From the NCBI GenBank assembly GCA_020723345.1, contig DYJA01000011.1, positions 43,349 to 107,348 on the forward strand: 64,000 nt of DNA. The letters are read 5' to 3'. Source of the stretch: Candidatus Aquidulcis sp. Lineage in GTDB: Bacteria; Chloroflexota; Anaerolineae; UBA4142. Position 1 is the first letter of the stretch. Each line of letters begins with the position of its first letter. Shown one piece after another: positions 45,281-54,468 of this stretch. The notes under the pieces were generated by a model that had not been told where the DNA came from, searched no databases, and saw nothing but the letters and a program-made list of their open reading frames with translations. The position numbers were made by a program, and so were the translations under genes.

Positions 45281-48200
45281 ATGTCCCGTAACCTATCTCA
45301 CTTGAGCAAATTCATCGCATTGTTGTTCGTTGGCGCGCTGTTGCTGGTGTCTGCCAGCACGGCGTTTGGGCAAACCAATTCCGCTGTCACCTTTCAGCGC
45401 GTAGTCGCGCCTAATGTGCTTCCGTACGGGCAGGGCGAATTTACCGTAACCCTCACGGTGAGCGGCAACAGCGCCGGGTGCGGCACCCAAGTCGCGCGTA
45501 AACCACTAGACATTGTATTGGTGATTGATCGCTCCAGCAGTATGGGGAACTTGTTAGGTTTTCTTGGCGGCAAATCCAAGCTGGACAGCGCCAAAGAAGC
45601 CGCCAAAGTCTTTCTCTCCAAAGTCAATCTGGGGAACGACAAGGTCGCGCTGGTTCAATTCAACGAAGCGGCTAATTTGGCTCAACCATTGGATACCAAT
45701 CGTCAGACATTGGACAAGGCGATTGATGGCTTGGTCTCGTCCGGTAACACCAGTCTTGATCGTGGGGTTGACGTGGCGCGCCAGGAACTTAAAAGCGCGC
45801 GCCGTCGTTCAAACACCAATGGTGTGATCATCCTGCTTTCCGACGGCGAAAGCGATGAGACGAGCGCGCGGAATGCGGCTGATGCGGCGAAGAGGGATGG
45901 CTTGCGCGTGATTACAATTGGTTTGGGGAGTGGCGCGAATCAAAATTTGTTGCGTTCACTGGCTTCTCAATCCAGCGACTATTACTATTCGCCGGACACG
46001 AATAATTTGACTTCGATTTATGAAAAGATCGCCGAGAGTGTCAAGCAATTCGTCGCGGCAACTGATCTGACGCTCAAGCATACGATTGAAGTCAGCGCAT
46101 TTCAGATTGTCCCCAACTCAATCTCGCCAGCCCCCGCGACGATTTCCGTGGACACCATCACTTGGAAACTCGATTCGCTCGGCGATACCCAGCAGACTTT
46201 TACGTACAAACTCAAACCTATCGCGCAGGGGAATTTATTGATTGATCGAGGTGACACACTCACTTTTACGCAGTGTGAAAAGGCGCCTAGTACTATCTCC
46301 GAAAAGCCGGGTTTGCCCGTGCAAGTGCTCGCGCCGACGGCGACTGCCACGCGTCCTCCAACGTCCACGCGGACGGCGACCCCCTTGCCTACTCCAACAC
46401 CCACTTTCAATGAAATGGTTCAACAAACAACCTGTGATTATGGCACGAGTTTGCCGCCGTGGTTGCTCTGTCTCGTGCCGTTGCTGATGTTGTTCTTCAT
46501 CGTGTACTTCTTGCGAATTGTAAGGGAATTGCAAGAAAAGCGCAAACCGTGTCCGCTGATTTGGTGGCTTTTGCTCCCGCTCGCGTTCATTTTGCTTTGC
46601 TTGATCCTAAACCAACTCTTGAACGCGGCATGTGTCGGCGGCGAATCAGTTTATTTCTGGAAAATTGATTCGTTTGGAGGTTCGGGTATTTACGTCAGTA
46701 GTCGTGACGGTGTGCGTCCTGCCCTGCCCTTCCGCGAAGTGAATTCGAGCAGCGGGTGCGTGGCGTGCCACGCCGTCTCCTCGACAACGCATCGGATCGC
46801 GGCGATTAGCGGCGGCGGCGTTGGCCCCGTCGTCGTCTATGGCTTGGACGGCAAACGGATTGATATACCCGGCGTGACAGGATCGTTCTTGAATTGGTCG
46901 CCGGATGGAACCAAACTTGCTATTTCAACAGATCGCCGGCAAATCGTGATTATGGATGCGGATGGCGGCACGATCACTCCACTCGCCGGCGCAAGTGAAA
47001 GTAATGTGGCGCAGTTGATGCCGGCGTGGTCACCCGACGGAACTACGATTGCCTTTGTGCGCTCGAACGATCCTTCTGGAACCTATCGCGCGGATTCGGC
47101 TTCGGATATCTATACTGTGCCCGCTACTGGTGGGGTTGCCAAGCCGCTGCCCGGCGCAAGCGGCAGAGGATTCAACTACTATCCTGCCTATTCGCCGGAT
47201 GGCAGATGGATCGCTTTTACGCATCATATTAGCGGCACGACGACGTACTCGGATCCCTACGCCGAGATCTATATGATTCCGGCGGAAGGCGGCACACCGA
47301 TTCGGCTTGCCGCGAATGATACCCAAGACGGCAGACGCTTGACCGGCATCAGCAACTCGTGGCCCACCTGGTCGCGCGACGGTCAAACGCTGGCGTTTAA
47401 CAGCAAGCGCAACGGCAACCAGTACGATATTTTCACCACGCGCATCAACCCGGACGGAACTTCGGGTCCGGCAATGTTGTTGTCCAGCGCGGCAGATGGA
47501 CGCGCGTTCGAGCATTTGCCATTCTGGGGCGAGCCCCCAAAAATGGATCCATGGGCGGGAGTGTTGGGGCTTTGGCCGTGCCTCATTCCATTCCTGCTGA
47601 TTCCGATCCTGTACTTGCTTTGCTGGTACTTCACGCGTCGTCGGATCGACATTATTGAGGTAGATGCAACCCCTGTTCGTCCAAGACCGGGACCTTTGCC
47701 ACCACTTGTGCTTAATCCTACTTGGCAAGTTGCGCCCGCGCTCATCATCGGTGTAGGCGGAACCGGACGCTGGGTGTTGACGCATCTGAAAAAGTCTTTG
47801 CTTGATGGCGGAATCGGCAAACTGCCGCCGGGTGTGCGCTTTGTTCTGCTTGATACTTCGGAAGAAGAAACGAACACGCTGATGGACGCTAACGGTAAAC
47901 CGCAAGCGGTCGAATTTGCCGGCGTGCGGTTGGAACCGAGCGAAATGTTGCTCCTGCAGGATAGTCTCGAAAATGTCGTGCGAACAATGCGCGCCAACCC
48001 AAATGTCGAGCCGGCATTGCAAGGTTGGCTTCCGACCGAACGCTACGCTCAACTACCCGCCGGACAGGTCAACCTTGCGGAAGGTACGCGCGGACGCCGC
48101 CCGATGGCGCGCGCCGGTCTGATAAAGAAAATGCTCGGCGAAGCCGAACGGCAGACTGGTTCGACGACGGACGCTAAACAGATTTGGAATCTGCTTGCCA

Positions 48201-50629
48201 ATGGCGCGCGCGATGCGCTTGACGGTCGCCAAACGCGCGTGATTGTGATCGGTTCGCTCGCGGGTGGGATGAGCGGCACGCTATTCGATCTAGCGCACTT
48301 GGCGCGTTTAGCGGGACAGCAAACTATTCCCGCCGGTGGCACTGTCACAGTGGAAGGATACTTGGCGACTGCCGGCGTATTCAATCAAACACCCGGCAAT
48401 TCCAGCCAGCGTCAGATCAACACGTTTGCGGCAATGCGCGAATTGCAGCGCTTCCAACTCGCGCAAGGCAGAGCGTATCCGATGGCATATCGCGCCAATG
48501 CCAAGTTGCCGCTGGATAGCGTATGCGACCGGCAATTGTTCGACGATCTCTTTTTCTTTGGCACGGGGGGACTAGCAGAGAGCGGACAGGACAAAGATAC
48601 CCAACCTTGGGCAACGACGTTTGCCGCGATGGCAGATATCATTGCATTTCGCTTGGATCGCGGGACTGGCGCGGGAGGCGAAGGTGACTATCGTCGGCAG
48701 ATCCAAGCCCAGGGCGCGATCTATCAACAACAACGCAATGCGGCGTTCATCGGCGGCGCGGGAAGTTTCGTCTATCGCTTGCCGATGAAAGATATTGTGG
48801 ATCAAATCAAACTGCGCTGGGCGCGCCAATTGTTGCACGAGTTTATCCAAGGCACGAATGTGCCCAAGCAACCCGGCACACCTGCGCCGAACGCCGCCGA
48901 AGACGCCGCACGCTTTTTGCAAGGCGATTATGGTTGCGGCACACTCCCCGGTGGAATGAATGTGATCGAATCGCTTTGTCTTGGTTCGCGTCCCAGCGTG
49001 GACCGCGCGGATTTGAATCGCTTGCCCGAACCAGATAGCGTAGCCAATAGTTTCCGCACATATTTGCAACATGCGCTCAAGTTGATTTTGAATGGCGCGA
49101 AAGCGAGCAAGACAGTGCCGGTAGGACGTGTCCGGTTTGCTTTGCAATTCCTCGATCAAGTGGCGCACTATCTTGCGCAAGCGGAGAAGGTGGCCGGCGA
49201 AGCGCAAGAATCGGCGAGGTCACAAGAGAGTGCCGCCGCGTATGAACGCGCGCGCAAGATGGCGGCGCAGTGGCATGCTGAAACGCAACTAGCCAGCAAT
49301 AGCTTGCGTAAACAACGTGAGTTGCTCGAAGGCGCGGCAGGCGCGCCCGGCAAGCCGCCCCTCATTGGCGTCTATCAGCGTGTCGCCGATTTGGAAACCC
49401 AAGCCCGCCATCGCCGCGCGCAAATGGATCGCGTGGCAGTGCGCGAGTACTTGTGGTGGCGCGTCCGCGATGTCACACAATCACTGGATGATCCAAACAA
49501 TCGGATTGATCTGGCGGATGAATGGTACCATCTTGCGGCGGACAAGCACATCCAGGAATATCACGAACGCTTTTATTGGGAATTCTCGCCCGAAGGCGCA
49601 CCGTGTCTGTCACTCGTTACTTTCGAGGGAAATGCAATGACGCTAGTTCCCGAAACATCGGAAAAGTTTGTCCAAGAGGTATTGCGACTGGGCAATCACG
49701 TTGTGCGTGAAATGTGGGAAACGGTGACCCTGGCGGATATAATGTCCGGTCGTCAAATGATCGCCGATCAAGAACAATCGGCGCACACGACCGCGCGAAT
49801 GTGGGTGACGGCGATGCCTCACCTCTTGTCGCGGCAAAAGACAAATATCTGGAATGCCGCGTTTGGCATTCCACAAATTGCACGCGCGCGAGCACAAGAA
49901 CTGGTCAATGTGTTTGCCAATCTCGGCGGTGTGCAACAACAGATCCCCGGCAGTCTCAATCCGTGCCCAACCAGCATAGTGCCTTTGACCGATCAGTACG
50001 CCACTGTGTTGATCCGCACGCTTGATCTCGTCGCGGTTGCGGATGTGCCGGAAATGGACGACGCGCGTCGGGTATACGAACAATCTATGCGGACGACCGT
50101 TGCCGGTGCAGAGGGCGCAGAAATGCAAACTGTCTTTGCGGCGGAACGCAACGCGCTGACATTCGAAAGACGCCTGCCCGATCCCAATATTTTCCGTCTG
50201 CCGATCCGCCAGTTCCACCCGCTCGTGGTGATGGCGTTGGAAAATCAGCCGCGTGTGCGCTTGTTCGGCTTGGCGTTTGCGGCGGGCTGGGTGCGCGTGC
50301 CTGCGCAAGACGGCGCGATCACGCTCCACGTGCCCGTCGGCGCGACGTACACCTTGGCGGAAAAGAAAGCCGAAGTCACACTCGCGCCTGAAGTAGCCAC
50401 GCTCTACAATTTCTGTCAACACGGCGAATCCGCCGCGATTGACGCCATTCGCGCCGCAACCGATCAGCCCGACGAAGCGACGATTCAGGCATGGCAAGAG
50501 TACTACGCGCAATGGCACGATTGGCAAGGCGCGCCACCACTGGCGAACCAACCGCGCGAATTGCAAGACCTGGGCGCGTTGGCGGGCTTGGTCGTGTTCG
50601 ACAAACTCAAAGCGTATTTTGGACAATAG
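45281..50629 (+). CDS. 1782-aa fusion protein: signal peptide, vWA, 2 TM helices, PD40/TolB-like propeller (with a CxxCH motif), 1 TM helix, tubulin-like domain and helical body
   Basis: MIDAS LVIDRSSSMG and ILLSDGES. TM pairs at about 46450-46620 and 47555-47640. WSPDGTKLA, AWSPDGTTIAF and YSPDGRWIAF repeats. ALIIGVGGTGRWV, FVLLDTSEE, VIGSLAGGMSGTLFDLAHLA. The body is collinear with 34235-38239. Confidence 0.8.
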   Translation: MSRNLSHLSKFIALLFVGALLLVSASTAFGQTNSAVTFQRVVAPNVLPYGQGEFTVTLTVSGNSAGCGTQVARKPLDIVLVIDRSSSMGNLLGFLGGKSKLDSAKEAAKVFLSKVNLGNDKVALVQFNEAANLAQPLDTNRQTLDKAIDGLVSSGNTSLDRGVDVARQELKSARRRSNTNGVIILLSDGESDETSARNAADAAKRDGLRVITIGLGSGANQNLLRSLASQSSDYYYSPDTNNLTSIYEKIAESVKQFVAATDLTLKHTIEVSAFQIVPNSISPAPATISVDTITWKLDSLGDTQQTFTYKLKPIAQGNLLIDRGDTLTFTQCEKAPSTISEKPGLPVQVLAPTATATRPPTSTRTATPLPTPTPTFNEMVQQTTCDYGTSLPPWLLCLVPLLMLFFIVYFLRIVRELQEKRKPCPLIWWLLLPLAFILLCLILNQLLNAACVGGESVYFWKIDSFGGSGIYVSSRDGVRPALPFREVNSSSGCVACHAVSSTTHRIAAISGGGVGPVVVYGLDGKRIDIPGVTGSFLNWSPDGTKLAISTDRRQIVIMDADGGTITPLAGASESNVAQLMPAWSPDGTTIAFVRSNDPSGTYRADSASDIYTVPATGGVAKPLPGASGRGFNYYPAYSPDGRWIAFTHHISGTTTYSDPYAEIYMIPAEGGTPIRLAANDTQDGRRLTGISNSWPTWSRDGQTLAFNSKRNGNQYDIFTTRINPDGTSGPAMLLSSAADGRAFEHLPFWGEPPKMDPWAGVLGLWPCLIPFLLIPILYLLCWYFTRRRIDIIEVDATPVRPRPGPLPPLVLNPTWQVAPALIIGVGGTGRWVLTHLKKSLLDGGIGKLPPGVRFVLLDTSEEETNTLMDANGKPQAVEFAGVRLEPSEMLLLQDSLENVVRTMRANPNVEPALQGWLPTERYAQLPAGQVNLAEGTRGRRPMARAGLIKKMLGEAERQTGSTTDAKQIWNLLANGARDALDGRQTRVIVIGSLAGGMSGTLFDLAHLARLAGQQTIPAGGTVTVEGYLATAGVFNQTPGNSSQRQINTFAAMRELQRFQLAQGRAYPMAYRANAKLPLDSVCDRQLFDDLFFFGTGGLAESGQDKDTQPWATTFAAMADIIAFRLDRGTGAGGEGDYRRQIQAQGAIYQQQRNAAFIGGAGSFVYRLPMKDIVDQIKLRWARQLLHEFIQGTNVPKQPGTPAPNAAEDAARFLQGDYGCGTLPGGMNVIESLCLGSRPSVDRADLNRLPEPDSVANSFRTYLQHALKLILNGAKASKTVPVGRVRFALQFLDQVAHYLAQAEKVAGEAQESARSQESAAAYERARKMAAQWHAETQLASNSLRKQRELLEGAAGAPGKPPLIGVYQRVADLETQARHRRAQMDRVAVREYLWWRVRDVTQSLDDPNNRIDLADEWYHLAADKHIQEYHERFYWEFSPEGAPCLSLVTFEGNAMTLVPETSEKFVQEVLRLGNHVVREMWETVTLADIMSGRQMIADQEQSAHTTARMWVTAMPHLLSRQKTNIWNAAFGIPQIARARAQELVNVFANLGGVQQQIPGSLNPCPTSIVPLTDQYATVLIRTLDLVAVADVPEMDDARRVYEQSMRTTVAGAEGAEMQTVFAAERNALTFERRLPDPNIFRLPIRQFHPLVVMALENQPRVRLFGLAFAAGWVRVPAQDGAITLHVPVGATYTLAEKKAEVTLAPEVATLYNFCQHGESAAIDAIRAATDQPDEATIQAWQEYYAQWHDWQGAPPLANQPRELQDLGALAGLVVFDKLKAYFGQ

Positions 50630-50707
50630 AGATGCGGGATTCCCCGTCGTACAGGTGCTCGACTGGGAGACCTTGCCTGATCGCATCACCATGTTTATGG
50701 AGCAACA

Positions 50708-53700
50708 ATGATTATTCCTGATAGAGTTGTCGATCTAAAAACGCAAAAGACGTATGAAATTGACCGCGGACATGAACCCTTGGGAAAAGGTGCAATCGGG
50801 GTTGTGTATCCGGTCAAGGGCCCAGAGCGCGATGCTGTCGTTGTCAAAATCGCCTTTCCTGATCTATCTGCCGAGACGTTGGCGGATTTTGTCGCCGAGC
50901 GAAAAATCCTAGCGGAACTGGAAGCGACCCAACGTACACCGTGGGCACACGAGGGTCAAGCCCCAGAGTACAAGGATTGCAAAATCATTTTGCTCGAGCG
51001 CGTCAAACCAGATCAACAACTCGTTCAAATCGCGAAACGTTTACCAGGCGGGGTGTTGGCAGAGGAAACCATTCTGCAAGTCGGCTGGCAATACGCCGAA
51101 CTGCTGGAGACCCTGCACGGTAAACTCCAGCGCACGACGCGCGGGGATCGCAAAGTGGGTGATCTGTACTGGGATAAGACCAAACAACGCTTGATTGTGC
51201 TAGATTGGAACCGCGCTTTGCCAATGCCGAAAGACGAACAAGAACGCGACCCGCTTATTCGCCAAGACCTGCGAGTCTTTGGGCAACTCTGGGCGCAGTT
51301 GGCAATGGGGCAAGCCGTTTCGACTTTTGCTGATCCATTTGACGACACGAACCCGGCGTGGCAACGTCTGAGCATCGGCGCGCGCATTTTGATTTTCAAA
51401 GCGCTCAATAGCCATACCGCGCAAGGTTTTCAAGACGCGACCACGCTCAAAGATGCCACCGTGAAACAATGGCAAGATTTTCAGCGAGCGCAAAGCCAGA
51501 CAAAGGAACTCTTGGCGGACGCGCTCAATCTGAAAAAACACGCGGACAAGGAATCCTCGCTTTCAAGGCATGCCGAACTTGCACGCCAAGTCCGCGTGCT
51601 AGCGGATTTGGTGAGGCGGCATACCACCCGTTTGCCGGACAAGCAAGCGAAAGAATTGAGCGAGTTGGAAATTTGGGCGAAGGAGTCGGAGCAAAAGGAA
51701 ATTGAACAACTCCGCGCGATTACGAAACAGTTGTATCAGAGAGTTCAAAGCGGCAGTTTCAAAGAAGCGGCGACGCTTGCTTTGACCGAGATACGCAAAA
51801 TTGATGCTGCGGGTGACGCCGAAGCGTTAGCGTTGATGGCTTTGCGCCGCTGGTCTTATCTGGCGAATTGGGCATGGCAAGGTAACCGCAATGACTTGGT
51901 CATTGGTGAGACCGCGCGCAAGATTGCCGATGCGCTTGACGCATTCGAGCAAAAAGTTGGAGTGGCTCGTCTGCTCACTATTCAGGAAGCGCTCGCCAAA
52001 CTCAAAGCAATCACCGACTTGCGCGCCGCGATCCAAGACGCGCAGCGCGCGCTCGCCGAGAGTAATGGGTTGCGCGAACTGCCCGAACCGATGGCGGGCG
52101 AAATAAAACCCTTGGAACTGGAATTGCAAATTCGGGAAGACTGGCTCGCGGATAGACATACGGACGCCGTGGCACAATGGGAGGAATTGAAGAGGATTGC
52201 GGAGGATCAAGCCAGCGACCTCCGCCGGGGTGTGCTTTCGTTGCTCGGTTTCGACGATTACGTTCGACAACGTGAACAAGAACACTACCTGGAACGGCAC
52301 GCCGCAGAATTCAAGCGGCAAGCGGATGCTATTTTCGACTTGCTTGCCCAGTCGGATGGATGGATCAATGTATCCAGCCGGTTGGAGGAGACGATTCAGT
52401 ATTATCGTACCAATCTCAAAGACAGACCTGGTGTTGCCCAAGAACGCAGGGAAGACGATGAATTGCTAAATGCGATTCAAGAGCTAGATCGCGATTTCGC
52501 TGGAACGCTCGAATCGCGCGACGAAGCCAACGCGCTGGCGCGGATCCAATCAATCGTCTTTCCACTGCATCGCTCCACACTGAAAGAGACATTGCATCGG
52601 CAAATCACCGAATCCGCCATCGCGCATCTGGAGCGTCTGGCGCAGGGCGAATGGCTGGACGAATTGGAAGAGGGCAGGCGATTGCTTGTAGCGATTCGGG
52701 AATATGGCGATTTGACTGTGAAAGAGAAAAACACAGAGTCGCTTGAGAAAACCGCAACGCGCTTTGCCGAATGGAAACAAGCATACGATGAGTTGAGTCA
52801 ATACGGAACGGCGCAAATTATTATTGATCCCGATCCAAAGTACGACAAGATTCTTCAGCAAGCCGAAAAGGCGCGGGTTCAACTTTTCGATCGCCGCGCG
52901 CTGGCGACAGATAAAGTTGAACAGCACCGCGTTTCGGTGATTCGTTCGGTGCGGGAGGCAGAACGGATGGAACAGCAAATCAGTGAACTGATCAAGGCGA
53001 TGGAAAAACTGGTACGCGAGTTGGAAAACCAAAGCACACAATTCGAGCAGGAAAACGTACAACTCGGTCAGTTTATAGGTATTGTTGACCGAACACGCGC
53101 TGACTTGGAAGATAAATTGCAAGAATATCAGCGTTCCCTTGAGGTAAAACAATCTGCAACACAAAGTGCAGTGGACACGTTTCTTGAGAATTTGAAAGAG
53201 GCGAAGAAACAACAAAAGAGTTTCCCCGAAGCAGATGCTGTGATTAGTAGATATAATCAATTGGCGCAGGATCTTGCCTGTGTGCAAAAGGATACCTTGC
53301 CCAAAATTAGGGCGACTGAAAGAGAAATTCTCAAGTGGCAAAACATTGCGGCGGAAACGCAAAAGGCAGTACAGGCAGTTCAGGATGCTGTGAAGAAACT
53401 AGCCGATCCTCAAGTTGAAACCGCAAGCCAAATCAGTCAGATGGCTATGCCGACACTGGATCAATTGTCGTTGGCGAGTTATCTGTCTGGCGGCTTGAGT
53501 GCAGCACGAATGTTTAACAAGGATGAGACAAGAAAATATTATGAACTTGCTCAGGGACAGCTTGCCAACGCAACACAGCTTGAGCAGGAGCGTTTTCGTC
53601 AATTGGAAGAAGCCGCCAAGTGGCTTGAGAAATTCCATCAAGCTGACTTGCGCCTTATTGAGGCATGGAAGATTGCGCTCAATCAATGGAGACTTTCTGC

Positions 53701-54406
53701 GCTAGACAAATTCTCGGAAGTGGAAGGTACCGCGAGCGTGGCCCGCAATGCTTTATCAAAGGTGTTCAAAGAAAAGCGGGATTGGAATTTTTGGCTGATT
53801 GCAGAGCTCGACGAACAGAGATTGTTTCTTGAACGTGAAAGTCAGCACCGATATGCTGAGGGGTTAAGAGACACCTTTGACGAACGCCAAAGGTTCTTCA
53901 ACGGGATCCAAGTCATTTTGGAGGGTATTCAGAATAAGGTCTCTAGATATCCGGGCGAAGATGTGCAGCCAGACCTGGCCGCGTTAAAAAGACATATCGC
54001 TCAACGAGCAGAGACCCCCAACTTGACAGTTATCGATCTAGAAACGATCAGCAATTGGGCAAAGCGCGCTGACGAGGTGCAGCTGGCATATGATACATTG
54101 TTATACGCTCAAGAACAAAATGATATGGTCGCGGAAAATCTCCGCGAAATGAAAGCGGGAGAAATACCGACACCTGATCAGGTCAAAAAAGCTAGTCAAA
54201 GCATTGGTTTTCCAAGAGATATACTCGGAGACCTGTATGCTCGCTTGAGTAGCGAAGTGTTCTATATTTTCTACCGTCTTTGGCAAGACGAGCTAGAAAG
54301 GACAGCAATATTTGGTGATCTAGATGGATTGCGAAAGATAAAAGACGATGGATTGGAGAAATCCACTCTCGGCAAAAATCTCATAACCGCCCAAGTCAAG
54401 TCTTGA
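50708..54406 (+). CDS. 1232-aa protein: protein-kinase-like N-terminal domain plus a long coiled-coil/helical region
   Basis: G-loop LGKGAIGVVY. Lys in VVVKI. alphaC-like FVAERKILAEL. Catalytic-loop-like GDRKVGDLYWD. DFG-like VLDWN. Confidence 0.65.
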   Translation: MIIPDRVVDLKTQKTYEIDRGHEPLGKGAIGVVYPVKGPERDAVVVKIAFPDLSAETLADFVAERKILAELEATQRTPWAHEGQAPEYKDCKIILLERVKPDQQLVQIAKRLPGGVLAEETILQVGWQYAELLETLHGKLQRTTRGDRKVGDLYWDKTKQRLIVLDWNRALPMPKDEQERDPLIRQDLRVFGQLWAQLAMGQAVSTFADPFDDTNPAWQRLSIGARILIFKALNSHTAQGFQDATTLKDATVKQWQDFQRAQSQTKELLADALNLKKHADKESSLSRHAELARQVRVLADLVRRHTTRLPDKQAKELSELEIWAKESEQKEIEQLRAITKQLYQRVQSGSFKEAATLALTEIRKIDAAGDAEALALMALRRWSYLANWAWQGNRNDLVIGETARKIADALDAFEQKVGVARLLTIQEALAKLKAITDLRAAIQDAQRALAESNGLRELPEPMAGEIKPLELELQIREDWLADRHTDAVAQWEELKRIAEDQASDLRRGVLSLLGFDDYVRQREQEHYLERHAAEFKRQADAIFDLLAQSDGWINVSSRLEETIQYYRTNLKDRPGVAQERREDDELLNAIQELDRDFAGTLESRDEANALARIQSIVFPLHRSTLKETLHRQITESAIAHLERLAQGEWLDELEEGRRLLVAIREYGDLTVKEKNTESLEKTATRFAEWKQAYDELSQYGTAQIIIDPDPKYDKILQQAEKARVQLFDRRALATDKVEQHRVSVIRSVREAERMEQQISELIKAMEKLVRELENQSTQFEQENVQLGQFIGIVDRTRADLEDKLQEYQRSLEVKQSATQSAVDTFLENLKEAKKQQKSFPEADAVISRYNQLAQDLACVQKDTLPKIRATEREILKWQNIAAETQKAVQAVQDAVKKLADPQVETASQISQMAMPTLDQLSLASYLSGGLSAARMFNKDETRKYYELAQGQLANATQLEQERFRQLEEAAKWLEKFHQADLRLIEAWKIALNQWRLSALDKFSEVEGTASVARNALSKVFKEKRDWNFWLIAELDEQRLFLERESQHRYAEGLRDTFDERQRFFNGIQVILEGIQNKVSRYPGEDVQPDLAALKRHIAQRAETPNLTVIDLETISNWAKRADEVQLAYDTLLYAQEQNDMVAENLREMKAGEIPTPDQVKKASQSIGFPRDILGDLYARLSSEVFYIFYRLWQDELERTAIFGDLDGLRKIKDDGLEKSTLGKNLITAQVKS

Positions 54407-54468
54407 TTCTGTTGTATTATGGCAGAACGCAATCCGATTGTTATGGCTAGCCGTAGGAGACCAATCAA

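Noticed and set aside
47030-50692. Long antisense ORFs 47030-48052, 47383-47997, 48572-49207 and 49643-50692 (-)
   Set aside because: They lie opposite the 1782-aa gene, which has multiple motif-supported domains. The products are Arg-rich and low-complexity.
51827-53362. Antisense ORFs 51827-52441 and 52550-53362 (-)
   Set aside because: They lie opposite the kinase-like/coiled-coil gene and have no SD. The codon pattern fits a shadow of an AAG/GAA-rich coiled-coil sequence.
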